Source of the DNA: Candidatus Latescibacterota bacterium
GTDB lineage: Bacteria > Latescibacterota > UBA2968 > UBA8231
NCBI GenBank assembly: GCA_965261395.1
Contig: OZ253462.1
Location: 1,024,001-1,088,000 of the forward strand
Reading direction: 5' to 3'
DNA: 64,000 bases
In this document: positions 29,464 to 39,552 of the stretch, piece after piece
Layout of the letters: each line of letters starts with the position of its first letter
Position numbering within the stretch: the stretch's first letter is position 1
Program-made: the position numbers and the translations under genes
The notes under the pieces: generated by a model
Seen by the model: only the letters and a program-made list of their open reading frames with translations
What the model was told of the DNA's origin: nothing
Databases searched by the model: none

Positions 29464-31761
29464 TCAGTAGGCCACGGAAACGATCCGGCTGACCCGTTCG
29501 GTGCGTGCGTCTCCGCTGATCTCGACGCGCAGGACGTAGTTCCCCGGTTCCACCAGACTGCCGACATGGTCGCGCCCATCCCATTCCAAGGCCACTCGTC
29601 CCGCCACTTGCTCCTCTTCGCTCAAAAGATGTACCCGCCGCCCGGTCAGGTCGAAGATGGCCACTCGCACGGTGCGCGGGTCCAGCACTTTGAGCAGATT
29701 GAATTCGAGCGCCAGCCGGTCGCCAACGCCGTCGCCGTTGGGAGTTAGCACTTGGGTCGAGATTGTCAGGTCATCGAGCAGACCGGGGTCCGCGGGCAGG
29801 GCTACGGACACCGTCTCGCTCGCCACGGCCTTGTTGGCATCCCCCGCGTCAACCTGTTGCACCTGACCCTCCAGATTGCTGTTGAAGAGCAAAGCGTCAA
29901 AACGAGTCTGGTTGACGTAGAGCGTACTCTCAAAATCGATCTCCAAAAGCCCTGAGCGCCGCACGGCGCGATCGAGGACGAGCAGGGTCCCGTCTTCTCG
30001 CTTCTCAACTTGGACGGTGGCTTCTTCCCCGTCGATGCGCAAGGTTCTGAAGCGCACGGCGACCGACGAACTCAGCAGGATTTGGTCGAATCCTCGGTTG
30101 GCCGCAGTTGCGGTTGAGCGGAGGAAATAGGTGAAATCTTGCGGCGTGCCCGGCTCGACCTCGGCCGGGTAGATTTCTGCCTGCGTCTGTTGCACCAGCG
30201 GCGGGTGGAAGTGCAAGCTCAGCGTTTTCAGTGCTGGGGCGCTAAACGGATCTTCGCTCAAAAGCTGCACCTCGATTTGGGCGAACTGCCGCGGTCCCGG
30301 CGACAAAAAACCCTGGCCGGAAACTTCGTAAACCGGACTCCAGTTGCTCCAGTCCGAGCCTATGGTGCGCACCGTGTCGATCCGTCCGCGAAAAGAGGGA
30401 ATGAGCTTGTCGTATTTCCTTTCGGTGACTTCTTTGCCATTCTTGTCGAAGAAAAAGTATTCTTCGTCGAGCAAGTTGCCGGTGCGGCTGCGAATCTCCA
30501 GGCGAGTATCGGGCGGTACTTGAGATTGCCAGTCGAGTGCCGAGATCGTCTTTGCCCCGCCCAAGTCAAAAATCGGCGAGAGTGCCGTCAAGGCGGCGGG
30601 AAACCCTTCGCCAAAGACTTGGAACTCTGCGGTCGTGCCTGAGAGCGCGCCAGAGGTCATGCCAAAGAGGAGCTGGATATAGCGCAACTTTGTCGGGGAG
30701 AAGCGCTCCTCAAAGTGGACGATATCGCGATGATTGCGCGGCGATTCAGGCAGTTCCCCCAGCGAGATCCAGCGCAGCGAGCCGTCCGGTGCCAGCGAGC
30801 CGTCCGACCCCGACATTTTGTACCACAGGTAGTTGATGGACCCAAAGCGGGTACGGGCCCTCTCGCCGGTCGTCGGCAACCCGGTGAAATCTCCTAACAA
30901 CCGCACGCGATCAACCCAAAAGAGCACGCCCAAGTCGAGGATGAAGCGCCCTACGGGCGTCACCCCGCGCCCTTCCTTGCGACCCCAGTACGAGGTGATG
31001 TCTCCGTCAATTAGGTTGCGGCTGATCAAGGGATTCTCGTAGCGCTCGTCTCGGCCTGAGCCGACTAGGCTATGCACATCGATCTGGCCACCGCGCTCTT
31101 GCGCGCCTAGGGACAGATTGTCGCCCACGCTCTCTACCGACAGCTCGCTGAGCTGAGCACCAAGAGTCTTCCTGTCGGCTTGAATGCGAATGTGCTTTAG
31201 GGGCTTGAGGCCAAAGTCGATCTCGATGACCCGATCTTGGTTAAAGCTGTACAAGCGGCGGTTGTTGTAGCGCAGGGTCCCTTCGATGGCCACGCCGGCG
31301 TTGGTGAAGAAAGGCTCGCCGTCGGAAGTGAAGACCTTGAAGAATTCGAGCGGCTCGCCGCCCTCGGCAAAATGCAGGCGTATGGTGCGCGCCGAGACCA
31401 CCCGGCCTAGATCGACCTCTATCCACCAATCCTCCAGCGGTGCCTCGGCGGCGGGCGTCCAGGCCGTCTCCGCATGTCCGTCGATCAGCCGTGCCGCAAG
31501 GTCCAGCGCCGTGCCCGCGCCGCGGATGCCGCCGCCAAAGAACGCGACGTTCTGCACCGCGTCGGTATTCTGGCGCACGAACGCGGGCTTGAGCACGCCA
31601 TCGGCGATATCGACCGCATCGCCGGGCAGCTTCCACTCGCTCCAGTGGCCCGGGCCGCCAAGGCGCAGTTCCTCGGCTCCGAGAGCTTGGGCGACGAGTA
31701 GGAGCGCTCCCAGTATCGACAAGTACGGGTGGATTTTTTCCGCTAAACGATCGCACACCAC
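29464..31761 (-). CDS. Secreted discoidin-like/FlgD Ig-domain protein (start uncertain)
   Basis: Signal peptide; WWIEVDLG; RSRTG...WSNWS; C-terminal TPNGDG...WDGRD...PGNY; paralog of 50300..52609. Confidence 0.78.
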   Translation of the reverse strand: MVCDRLAEKIHPYLSILGALLLVAQALGAEELRLGGPGHWSEWKLPGDAVDIADGVLKPAFVRQNTDAVQNVAFFGGGIRGAGTALDLAARLIDGHAETAWTPAAEAPLEDWWIEVDLGRVVSARTIRLHFAEGGEPLEFFKVFTSDGEPFFTNAGVAIEGTLRYNNRRLYSFNQDRVIEIDFGLKPLKHIRIQADRKTLGAQLSELSVESVGDNLSLGAQERGGQIDVHSLVGSGRDERYENPLISRNLIDGDITSYWGRKEGRGVTPVGRFILDLGVLFWVDRVRLLGDFTGLPTTGERARTRFGSINYLWYKMSGSDGSLAPDGSLRWISLGELPESPRNHRDIVHFEERFSPTKLRYIQLLFGMTSGALSGTTAEFQVFGEGFPAALTALSPIFDLGGAKTISALDWQSQVPPDTRLEIRSRTGNLLDEEYFFFDKNGKEVTERKYDKLIPSFRGRIDTVRTIGSDWSNWSPVYEVSGQGFLSPGPRQFAQIEVQLLSEDPFSAPALKTLSLHFHPPLVQQTQAEIYPAEVEPGTPQDFTYFLRSTATAANRGFDQILLSSSVAVRFRTLRIDGEEATVQVEKREDGTLLVLDRAVRRSGLLEIDFESTLYVNQTRFDALLFNSNLEGQVQQVDAGDANKAVASETVSVALPADPGLLDDLTISTQVLTPNGDGVGDRLALEFNLLKVLDPRTVRVAIFDLTGRRVHLLSEEEQVAGRVALEWDGRDHVGSLVEPGNYVLRVEISGDARTERVSRIVSVAY

Positions 31762-31765
31762 AATT

Positions 31766-31815
31766 ATCCGCAGATGGACGCAGATGGGCACAGATTCGCT
31801 ACGCTCAGAATGACA
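31766..31815. repeat. Composite intergenic repeat: three CAGAT units followed by GATTCGCTACGCTCAGAATGACA
   Basis: CGCAGATGGA-CGCAGATGGG-CACAGAT, then the short form of the 5549 repeat. Confidence 0.55.
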
Positions 31816-31880
31816 GAGTAGTATATCACAAAACGTAGCTTCACCGCCTACCTGCTTATGAGTGACGAAGGATAGAGGCT

Positions 31881-32858
31881 TTAACTGGCGTACACGGCCT
31901 CGCGCAGCCCTTTGATATAGCCGATGGCAAACAAGCGCCCGATCGACGAGTAGCCCGGCTGGTCGTTTCGGTCGCCCTCCATCGTTGGCACGTGGTCGGG
32001 GCGCAGGACGCCTTCAAAACCAATGTCGCGGTAGGCTTCCATGCAGGCGCGCATGTCGGTCTTGCCTTCGTCGTGGAAGGTCTCGACGAATTTTTCAGGC
32101 GTGCCGCGCACATCGCGGAAGTGGACGAAGTAGATGCGGTTGCCAAAGTGGCGGATGACCTCGGGCAAATCGTCGGTCATCAGGGTGAAGTTGCCTTGGC
32201 ACAGGCAGATGCCATTGGCCGGGCTGGGCACTAGGTCGATGAGCTTCTGATAGTTTTCGACGCTGCGCATGATCCGCCCCATGCCGCGGAGGGGCGACAG
32301 CGGCGGATCGTCGGGGTGCATGGCGAGTTTGACCCCGGCTTCCTCGGCGACCGGCACGACCTTTTCGAGGAAGTACTTCAGGTTATCCCAAAGCTGCTCT
32401 TCGGTGACGACCCCGGCGTCGGTCTGAGGCGCATTCTTCATTAGCTCGTTGTCAAAGCCGGTGACCATGGCACCACCGCGCCCAGGCGCAGCCATTGAGG
32501 TGCGAGTCCAGTTGATCACGGGCATCCACTCGGGGCACCAGACCGGAATGCCGACCTTGCCCATGTTGCGAATAAGCTCGCAGGCGTATTCGATCTCCTC
32601 GTCGCGGTCCGAGAGGCCGAGCTTGGCCTTGTTGAGCGGCGGGCGGGCCTCGATGACGTCGAGGGAGAAGCCGCCGTCGTTAAACGCGGTCTTCATCCGC
32701 ACGAGGTTGGTGAAGCTCCAGGGCCGTTGGTCGGGGTGGACTGCGGACAGGTCTTGGGGGTTGTTGAACCCCCCGACCACGTGGTCAACGCCGCATTGCT
32801 TGACCATCCGCCACAGCGGCGTGGGATGATCGGGCAGGACTTCGGCAATCTTGATCAT
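31881..32858 (-). CDS. uxuA: Mannonate dehydratase family protein (second paralog)
   Basis: KLAMHPDDPP, LCQGNF, VHFRDV, RPDHVP, FAIGYIKGL. Confidence 0.85.
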   Translation of the reverse strand: MIKIAEVLPDHPTPLWRMVKQCGVDHVVGGFNNPQDLSAVHPDQRPWSFTNLVRMKTAFNDGGFSLDVIEARPPLNKAKLGLSDRDEEIEYACELIRNMGKVGIPVWCPEWMPVINWTRTSMAAPGRGGAMVTGFDNELMKNAPQTDAGVVTEEQLWDNLKYFLEKVVPVAEEAGVKLAMHPDDPPLSPLRGMGRIMRSVENYQKLIDLVPSPANGICLCQGNFTLMTDDLPEVIRHFGNRIYFVHFRDVRGTPEKFVETFHDEGKTDMRACMEAYRDIGFEGVLRPDHVPTMEGDRNDQPGYSSIGRLFAIGYIKGLREAVYAS

Positions 32859-32941
32859 GTCGTTCCTCTTCTTGGTGAGTTGAATGTTGGGACTTAGAAA
32901 AAAGAAATATTTGCTGTTAGGCGAGGTGGGGTCAACATAGT

Positions 32942-33439
32942 TCAGCGAATAAAAGGGTAGACTAGGCCGGTTAGCGCGTCCTCGATGCGGATGCGGTGCG
33001 AGAGCAAGGTCTGTGCGGGCAGGGCATCGGCGGCAAAATAGCCAATGTCCGTGCTTTCGGAGGAGAACCGCAATGCGCCGGCGACGGGGTCGCAGATAAA
33101 GACGTGGGTGACGTAGTGGATGATAGTGCCATTGGGATAGCGCATAAACGGGTAGCTTTCTGGCCCGGAGTAAATCCCAATCAGCCGTTCAACGAGCGCC
33201 TCTAAGCCCGTTTCCTCATAGACTTCGCGCACCACGCACTGCTCGACGGATTCGCCGAGTTCGACTTGGCCGCCGGGCAGGCCCCAAAAGCCGTTGTCCG
33301 TGCGCTGTTGCAGCAGGATTTTGCCGGTCTTGTCGCGGATAAAGCCATTGGCCGCCACGCCGAGTCGGTCGGGCATTTTCTTCAGCGGCGTGCCCGTACT
33401 GTCACACCATTGGGTATAATCGAATTTTTCTGCACTCAT
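32942..33439 (-). CDS. NUDIX hydrolase
   Basis: Nudix box GGQVELGESVEQCVVREVYEETGL. Confidence 0.9.
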   Translation of the reverse strand: MSAEKFDYTQWCDSTGTPLKKMPDRLGVAANGFIRDKTGKILLQQRTDNGFWGLPGGQVELGESVEQCVVREVYEETGLEALVERLIGIYSGPESYPFMRYPNGTIIHYVTHVFICDPVAGALRFSSESTDIGYFAADALPAQTLLSHRIRIEDALTGLVYPFIR

Positions 33440-33441
33440 GG

Positions 33442-34383
33442 CTATTGCGAAAGCGGCCCATAGGCGCTGAGCGCCGTGTCGTGGAAAAGCGCCCGGCGCT
33501 CGTCGTCTGAAAAGTCGACGCTCCACTCGAGGAACTTGGCGTAGAGATAGCCGATGCTAATGCCCCGCAGTTTATCGACGGGATAGTTGCTGGCAAACAT
33601 GCAGCGGTTACAGCCAAAGCGTTCGATCAGCTCTTGGACGACCGCGGCGATTTTGGCCTCTTTGGCCGCGTCCTCGTGGAAGGCGTCCCGTGCAAACCAC
33701 GCCATAGACAGCTTCATATAGATATTGGGCAATGCGGCCAGCGCAGTCATGCCTGCGCGCCAGAGGTCCTCGTGCGCTTGGTCCTCGCCGTCGTGGAGGA
33801 AGCCGAGGTGGTTGGCGACGACGCGGAGGCCGGGGAAATCGCGGAAAACCGCGACCGCATCGGCCACTTGATGGGGGTTGCAGGAGAGATCGAAGGCGAG
33901 GTTGTGGCGTTCTAGGAGAGCTAAGCCAGCGCGGAAGCGATCGCTTTGCAACACGCCGTCTTCGACCTGCGGCCAAGTCAGGTCGGGATTGTCGGGATGG
34001 TGATTGAGGATCATGCGCACGCCGCGCAGACGATCCCCTGCTGCCGCTAGGTGTTGTTCAATGGTGCGCTCGGCCGCGGCGATGTCGCGCTCTAGATGCA
34101 CGTACGCGACGATGCCAAAGGACTGTTTGGTTGGTTCGAGCTGGTCGTGTACCCAGCGGGTTTCTTCTAGGGTATCGACGGGGACGCCGCCAGCGACTTG
34201 GCCGACGACGGTTTCGACGTGGACCCCGCTGACCCGCTGCAATTCAGGGGGCAACTCGCTCATGTCTTGGGCGTAGTCGGCGGCTCGGTACGCCGGCATG
34301 ACGGGACCGAGGTTGGGGTTGGCCCGCTCGGCTAGATCCCAGAGGTGGAAGTGGGGGTCGCACAGGGGGATGGGGGTCTGCAT
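33442..34383 (-). CDS. Amidohydrolase family protein (sugar lactonase-like)
   Basis: DPHFHLWD, RGVR, NHLG, MFASNYP. Confidence 0.85.
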   Translation of the reverse strand: MQTPIPLCDPHFHLWDLAERANPNLGPVMPAYRAADYAQDMSELPPELQRVSGVHVETVVGQVAGGVPVDTLEETRWVHDQLEPTKQSFGIVAYVHLERDIAAAERTIEQHLAAAGDRLRGVRMILNHHPDNPDLTWPQVEDGVLQSDRFRAGLALLERHNLAFDLSCNPHQVADAVAVFRDFPGLRVVANHLGFLHDGEDQAHEDLWRAGMTALAALPNIYMKLSMAWFARDAFHEDAAKEAKIAAVVQELIERFGCNRCMFASNYPVDKLRGISIGYLYAKFLEWSVDFSDDERRALFHDTALSAYGPLSQ

Positions 34384-34413
34384 GGAGAAAAGCCTTTCGC
34401 TGATGATAAGTGG

Positions 34414-35271
34414 TTAAGCAAACGCCGCCTTCACGGCTTCGGGCAGTGGGCAATGGGCCCCTCGGTGCTGCACTGCGCTGGCACCGGCGGCGCAAGCTAA
34501 GTCCAGCGCCTGTTGCGGATCGGTGCCGAGCAAGGCGCTGGCGGCCAGGACCCCGCTGAAGGCGTCGCCAGCCCCGACCGCATCGACGACGGACACGGGC
34601 ACGGGCCGTGCGGCAAACGAGGCTCCCGGAATGTGGAGCTGAGCGCCGTCGCCGCCAAAGGTAATCGCTAGGCAATCCAGCGCGTAGCGGGCCAGCAAAT
34701 CGGCGGGTGCGACGACCGCGGCGATGTCCCGCACGGCCTCCCATTCCTCGTCGTTGAGCTTGACAATGGTCGCCGCTTCGAGGCCAAAGCGCACGGTCTG
34801 CGGCGTATAGCAGTCCTCGCGCAGGTTGACGTCGAAAAACCGATGTCGGGGGTTGGCTGCAAGTAAGTGTTCTAGCCCCGGACGATTGGCTAGGCTGCGC
34901 TGCGCGGCCGTGCCATAGTAGATCAGGTCGGGGGGCCGGTCTAACACCGGCTTAGTTTCGATGTAGTCCCAAGCCACGCCGGCGCGGATGGTGTAGGAAG
35001 GCTGGCCATCATCGAGCAATACATCGACCGTACCCGTAGGTTCGGGCCGGTCGGCGACCCATTGCTGATCGATGTCGGCGCGCCGGAGAAAGCCCCGCGC
35101 CTGTTGCCCCAGTTCGTCCCGCCCCACGGCGCTGACCATGGCTACGGGAAAGCCGAGCTGGCGCAGGTTCCAAGCGAAGTTCAGGGAGGCGCCCCCCAAG
35201 CAGGTGCGGTCGGGAAAGCAGTCGTAGAGGATCTCGCCGAAGACGATGGAAGTGAAGTTCGCTTTGTCCAT
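34414..35271 (-). CDS. PfkB carbohydrate kinase
   Basis: GEILYD, FFDVNLR, KLNDEE, DAVGAGDAF. Confidence 0.9.
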   Translation of the reverse strand: MDKANFTSIVFGEILYDCFPDRTCLGGASLNFAWNLRQLGFPVAMVSAVGRDELGQQARGFLRRADIDQQWVADRPEPTGTVDVLLDDGQPSYTIRAGVAWDYIETKPVLDRPPDLIYYGTAAQRSLANRPGLEHLLAANPRHRFFDVNLREDCYTPQTVRFGLEAATIVKLNDEEWEAVRDIAAVVAPADLLARYALDCLAITFGGDGAQLHIPGASFAARPVPVSVVDAVGAGDAFSGVLAASALLGTDPQQALDLACAAGASAVQHRGAHCPLPEAVKAAFA

Positions 35272-35278
35272 AATACAT

Positions 35279-36247
35279 TTATAACGGCGGAAATAGCACG
35301 TAGCCCACGGCGCTTCGCTCCAACCAGATTTTGCAGAATTCCTCTAGGTCGTATGCCCGGGCAACCTCGGTGGCCGCGGCCGGGTCGTTGACCAGCACGG
35401 TATCCCCGGCATAACCCCGCACGACCAGCAAGTGCCCGGCCGTTCGCTCAATGGCCGCCCGGCTCAGTTCGCCCCCCTCGTAGCGCACGGAGGCAATAAT
35501 GGGAAAGCCCGCGTCGAGCAGCGTGCGCGCCGCCTCCCAAGAGGGAAAGTGCAATAGATAGCCCAAGAGGCCCCGGCGGGCGGCGGCGTGGATATTGGCC
35601 GGCCACACGCCGTATAGCCCGCTGGGCTGGTGGCGCGCCTCTGAGATCACGTCGTAGATGTCCGCGTTATGACCGTAATACGCGAGGAGCATGGCGACGC
35701 TGGTCGGCGAACAGACGCGGGAAGCCAGCTCGGGCCGCAGAGTCATCTGGCTTTGCGGCGGCACCGCGAGGGCCGTATCTCGGCTGGCGAGGGTCGGAGC
35801 GGGCACGTCACCCTTGCGGCGCACCGAGACCGAGAGCAAGGCCGGGATCTTGGGGGCGATGCCTTGGACGCGCAGGTGTAGGGTGGCCGCTTGCAAAGGA
35901 GTGCGGATGCGCAGGAGGTCGATATTTGCTTCTACCGCCTCGTTTGTCGCGCCCGCTTCGGCCCCGACAAACGAGCCGACTGGATCGAGGACGGCCCGGC
36001 TGCTATGGTCCGTTTTGGTTTCGCATTCCATTGCGAACTGGTAGCCCCACGCGCTGTCGTGGACGACCGAGAGACACGGCAGGATTTCTAGCGCGCCTTC
36101 TAGCGCTGCGGGTGGCAAGTCAAACGAGCGCGCGTCGCCATGCCATGCTAACGGCTTGATCTGCTTTGGCCGGATGGCTGGCGGTACGGCGCGTTGCAGC
36201 GCGGCCTCGTCCAGCCCTTGGGCAAACAATAGAAGTGCGTTGCTCAT
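35279..36247 (-). CDS. Peptidase C39-like cysteine peptidase
   Basis: VPPQSQM...VCSPTSVAM, GHLLVVRG, VNDP (Cys-His-Asp). Confidence 0.8.
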   Translation of the reverse strand: MSNALLLFAQGLDEAALQRAVPPAIRPKQIKPLAWHGDARSFDLPPAALEGALEILPCLSVVHDSAWGYQFAMECETKTDHSSRAVLDPVGSFVGAEAGATNEAVEANIDLLRIRTPLQAATLHLRVQGIAPKIPALLSVSVRRKGDVPAPTLASRDTALAVPPQSQMTLRPELASRVCSPTSVAMLLAYYGHNADIYDVISEARHQPSGLYGVWPANIHAAARRGLLGYLLHFPSWEAARTLLDAGFPIIASVRYEGGELSRAAIERTAGHLLVVRGYAGDTVLVNDPAAATEVARAYDLEEFCKIWLERSAVGYVLFPPL

Positions 36248-36343
36248 TAGATTGAGATTTGCGGTTCGTTGGGGAAGAATACACTCAATCGCTACCTGCG
36301 TCCAGCAAGCAACGCCCGCAGGGTTTGCTGACGTGCGAGTCGC

Positions 36344-37324
36344 CTATCCCCAGAGTCGAGGATGGGGCGGATGGAGGAGGCTGCCTTCGTAGCGCAGTCC
36401 GTGTTCCCGATCTTTTTGCAGGAGCAGGGGACCGTCGAGATCGACGAAGCGGGCTTGTTGCGCCAGCAGTACCGCCGGTGCCATAGCCAGCGAGGTGGCG
36501 ATCATGCAGCCGACCATCAAGTCCAATCCGCACGCGCGCGCCTCGGCTGCCAAGCGCAGGCCCTCGCTGAAGCCGCCGGTCTTGTCGAGCTTGAGGTTGA
36601 CGCATTCATAGCGGGAGGCCAGTTCCGCGAGATCGGCGGCAGTGTGGCAGGATTCGTCGGCGCAGAAGGGGACCGGGTGTTCAAACTCGGCGAGCAGGGC
36701 GTCTTGGGCGGCGGGCAGAGGCTGTTCGATGAGCGCGACGCCCAAGCGAGCTAATGCAGCCGAGAGCGGCTCGACTTGGTCGGCGGACCAGCCTTCGTTG
36801 GCATCGACGATCAGCGTTGAGTCTGGGGCGTTGGCGCGGATTGCGGCGACGCGGTCGAGGTCGTCGCGACCGGCGAGTTTAATCTTGAGCAGAGGGCGGT
36901 CGGCGTGCTGGGCAGCGGCCCGACCCATGGCCTCTGGGTCGTCGAGCGAGAGGGTGTAGGCCGTCACCACCGGGTGCGGTGCCGCTAGGCCGGCTAGTTC
37001 ATAAACGGGGCAACCGCTGAGTTTGGCTTCCAGATCCCACAGGGCGCAGTCCAAGGCATTGCGGGCTGCGCCGGGCGGCAGCGCGCATTGCAATGCCGCC
37101 CGGTCGAGGCCGGCTTCTACCTGTGGGCGCAACGATTCTAGCGCGTCTATGGTCCCGGCCATGCTCTCGTTGTAGCGGGGGTAAGGGACGCATTCGCCGC
37201 GGCCAATACAGTCGTCGCGACTTAGTTCGACGACGACGATGTCGGCGGTGGTTTTGGCACCGCGCGAGATGGTGAAGGTCTGGGCGAGGGGAAAGCTCTC
37301 ACCGCGAATGGAGAATCGGGTCAC
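36344..37324 (-). CDS. dgcA: N-acetyl-D-Glu racemase / dipeptide epimerase (enolase superfamily)
   Basis: FTISRGAK, KIKL, VDANEGW, EQP, ADES, KLDKTGG, DLDG; coupled to dgcN. Confidence 0.85.
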   Translation of the reverse strand: MTRFSIRGESFPLAQTFTISRGAKTTADIVVVELSRDDCIGRGECVPYPRYNESMAGTIDALESLRPQVEAGLDRAALQCALPPGAARNALDCALWDLEAKLSGCPVYELAGLAAPHPVVTAYTLSLDDPEAMGRAAAQHADRPLLKIKLAGRDDLDRVAAIRANAPDSTLIVDANEGWSADQVEPLSAALARLGVALIEQPLPAAQDALLAEFEHPVPFCADESCHTAADLAELASRYECVNLKLDKTGGFSEGLRLAAEARACGLDLMVGCMIATSLAMAPAVLLAQQARFVDLDGPLLLQKDREHGLRYEGSLLHPPHPRLWG

Positions 37325-38328
37325 AGGGCATCGACCAAGCGCGCGGCTCCTTGGCGCAGCGGATCGACTGCGGGCAGGCCGGCTTGGCTTTCTATGGCTC
37401 TGAGCAGCTCGGAGGCGCGATTTTCTGGCAAGTGCGAGGTGTTGACTGCAATGCCAATGGTACAGCAGGCCGGATTGGTGAGCCGGCCGCACAGTTCGTT
37501 GAGGCGAATGCAGTCGAGCAGATCGGGCAACTGGTATTCGGGTAGGCCGCGCATGTGGGGACGATTGGGATCGTGGCAGAGGACGAGCGCGTCGGGTTGG
37601 GCACCGTGCATGAGGCCCAGCGACACGCCGGCATAGGAGGCGTGGAACAGCGAACCTTGGCCTTCGATTAGGTCCCAGTGCTCGGGGTGGTTGGCCGGAG
37701 TCAGGACCTCGACGGCTCCAGCGAGGAAGTCGGAAACCACGGCGTCAACGGAAACGCCCGTCCCGGCAATGAAAATGCCGGTTTGGCCGGTGGCGCGGAA
37801 GGTGCAAGCCATGCCCCGCGCTTGCATATCGCGCTCGATGGCCAGCGCGGTGAACATCTTGCCGACCGAGCAGTCAGTGCCGACGGTGAGCAGGCGTTTG
37901 CCTGGGCGTTTGACGCCCGTTGCAATGGGAAAAGCGCGGTCGGGAAAGCGCGCATCCACGAGGCGCGTGCCCTGTGCGCGGGCGCGGTCGGCCAAGCCGG
38001 GGATGGTGCCAAGGCGCGTGTGCAGGCCACTGGCGAGGTCGTAGCCGAGGTCGATGGCTTGCAAGAGGGTCTCGCGCCAGAGATCGGAGATGGTGCCGCC
38101 GCGATTGACGACGCCGATGATGAGGGTGCGGGCACCAGCGGCGCGGGCTGCGGCGAGGGTTTGGTCGGGCAGCCCGAGGTCGGCGTGGCAGTCGGGCAGG
38201 CGGAGCTGACCAATGCACTGTTCGGGCCGCCAGTGGGCGATGCCAACGGCCGTTTTGGCGGCTAGCTGGTCGGAGGCATCGCCGAGGAACAACAGGTATG
38301 GGTGCGCGAGCTGGATCACGGCCGGCAA
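37321..38328 (-). CDS. dgcN: D-Glu N-acetyltransferase (DUF1611)
   Basis: PYLLFLGD, AKTA, GTDCSVGKM, RATGQTG, EGQGSL. Confidence 0.88.
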   Translation of the reverse strand: MPAVIQLAHPYLLFLGDASDQLAAKTAVGIAHWRPEQCIGQLRLPDCHADLGLPDQTLAAARAAGARTLIIGVVNRGGTISDLWRETLLQAIDLGYDLASGLHTRLGTIPGLADRARAQGTRLVDARFPDRAFPIATGVKRPGKRLLTVGTDCSVGKMFTALAIERDMQARGMACTFRATGQTGIFIAGTGVSVDAVVSDFLAGAVEVLTPANHPEHWDLIEGQGSLFHASYAGVSLGLMHGAQPDALVLCHDPNRPHMRGLPEYQLPDLLDCIRLNELCGRLTNPACCTIGIAVNTSHLPENRASELLRAIESQAGLPAVDPLRQGAARLVDAL

Positions 38329-38332
38329 AGGC

Positions 38333-39196
38333 TCACGAGGCGACCGGCATGTCGAGCCGGCGACGGCGCTGCTGCCAGCTCCACTTGTCGCTGCCGGAAA
38401 GGAGCGGCTTGAGGGGTTCGGGCGTTTGGGCGATGAATTCAGCGCTCGGCTCTTGGCCGTTCCAAGCTTGGAACATCGGCGGAGTATAGCCGCCGATGAC
38501 GATGGCGCGCTCGCGATCGGAGCGGATCTGGCCGGTGGCGTGGATCAGAGCCTCGCCAAAGAGCAGGGTTGATCCAGCGGGCGCGACCACTTGGTGGATC
38601 AGCGTGGGATCCTCGTACGCCGCAGCGATGATGGACTCGCGGTCGCTTTTGACCTTGTGGCTGCCGGCGATGACCACGGTGCCGCCGTCGTCTGGGCCTA
38701 GCTCCGTGAGGTTGGTCAGGGTTTTGACAAAGGTGCAGTGGTAAAGGCCATTCTCGACGTACGTGCCCACGTCTGGAGTGGTGCCGGTGTGGAAGCCATA
38801 GCGCGGCGCGGCAGCGAGGTTGGTCTCCGGGTCTCGCTCGTTGACGACGGCCTCGGATTCTTCGAGGCGCACGCTGCCGCCAACTAGCTCCTCGGCCATG
38901 CCGACCAAGCGCGGATGAGTTAGGTATTCGAAGATCGCGGGATCGGCTTCGAGGATGTGGGCAAAGTGTAGGTGGTGAGGCCGAAAGGAAGAAAGACGGC
39001 AGTTGCGGACGCGGGCCTTGGCCGGGTCTGAGGCAGACAGGAGATCGCGTTTGAGCCGGAGCATGGCTTCTAGCAGGCGATCCGTCAGGTCTTGCTCGAG
39101 CGCATTTTCAACCACCACATAGCCATAGACTTCGAGGTGATAGCGCTGAGCGGGGGTAAGCGCGGGAAAGGGCCGGATGAATTCGTCGTCGGACAT
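38333..39196 (-). CDS. Phytanoyl-CoA dioxygenase-family Fe/2OG enzyme with HxG motif
   Basis: GYVVVENAL, FHTG, GGTVVIAGSHK, PAGSTLLF.EALIHA, R; start 39196 or 39232. Confidence 0.82.
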   Translation of the reverse strand: MSDDEFIRPFPALTPAQRYHLEVYGYVVVENALEQDLTDRLLEAMLRLKRDLLSASDPAKARVRNCRLSSFRPHHLHFAHILEADPAIFEYLTHPRLVGMAEELVGGSVRLEESEAVVNERDPETNLAAAPRYGFHTGTTPDVGTYVENGLYHCTFVKTLTNLTELGPDDGGTVVIAGSHKVKSDRESIIAAAYEDPTLIHQVVAPAGSTLLFGEALIHATGQIRSDRERAIVIGGYTPPMFQAWNGQEPSAEFIAQTPEPLKPLLSGSDKWSWQQRRRRLDMPVAS

Positions 39197-39510
39197 GCGC
39201 GGAAATATAAGCGCGGGAAAAGGGAATGCCAACGGGTAAGTAAACGCGCTGTTATTGCAGCCAAAAAAACGACTCGCACCGCCACTCGATTCAATCAGAT
39301 CGCAGCCGGCATCTCGTCGCGTCTGATTGAAAATTTAGCTTTGCGCTGAAGTACGCTTTTTCGCACCTTTAGATGTACATACAATTGCGTGCCTTTTTTT
39401 AAGTCTCCCAGATACAGAGTATTATCAATAACTTACGCATTGGCGTTTCCTACTCTCTTGCGAACTCACGAAGAAATATTACAATTATGATTCGTCCAGA
39501 TCATCGCTTA

Positions 39511-39541
39511 GAGTACTCAATTTAGTACTATATAAGGTACA
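39511..39541. promoter_or_regulatory. Candidate TA operator palindromes
   Basis: GAGTACTC (39511-39518), TAGTACTA (39523-39530) and a third GTAC directly upstream of the antitoxin RBS. Confidence 0.5.
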
Positions 39542-39552
39542 AGAGAGGAAAT

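Noticed and set aside
31762-31791. MPICVHLR N-terminus of the FlgD-Ig gene
   Set aside because: Translation of the intergenic CAGAT repeat
39379-39394. Second sigma54 promoter (minus strand AGGCACGCAATTGTAT) near an IHF-like site
   Set aside because: No GC at -12 with correct spacing
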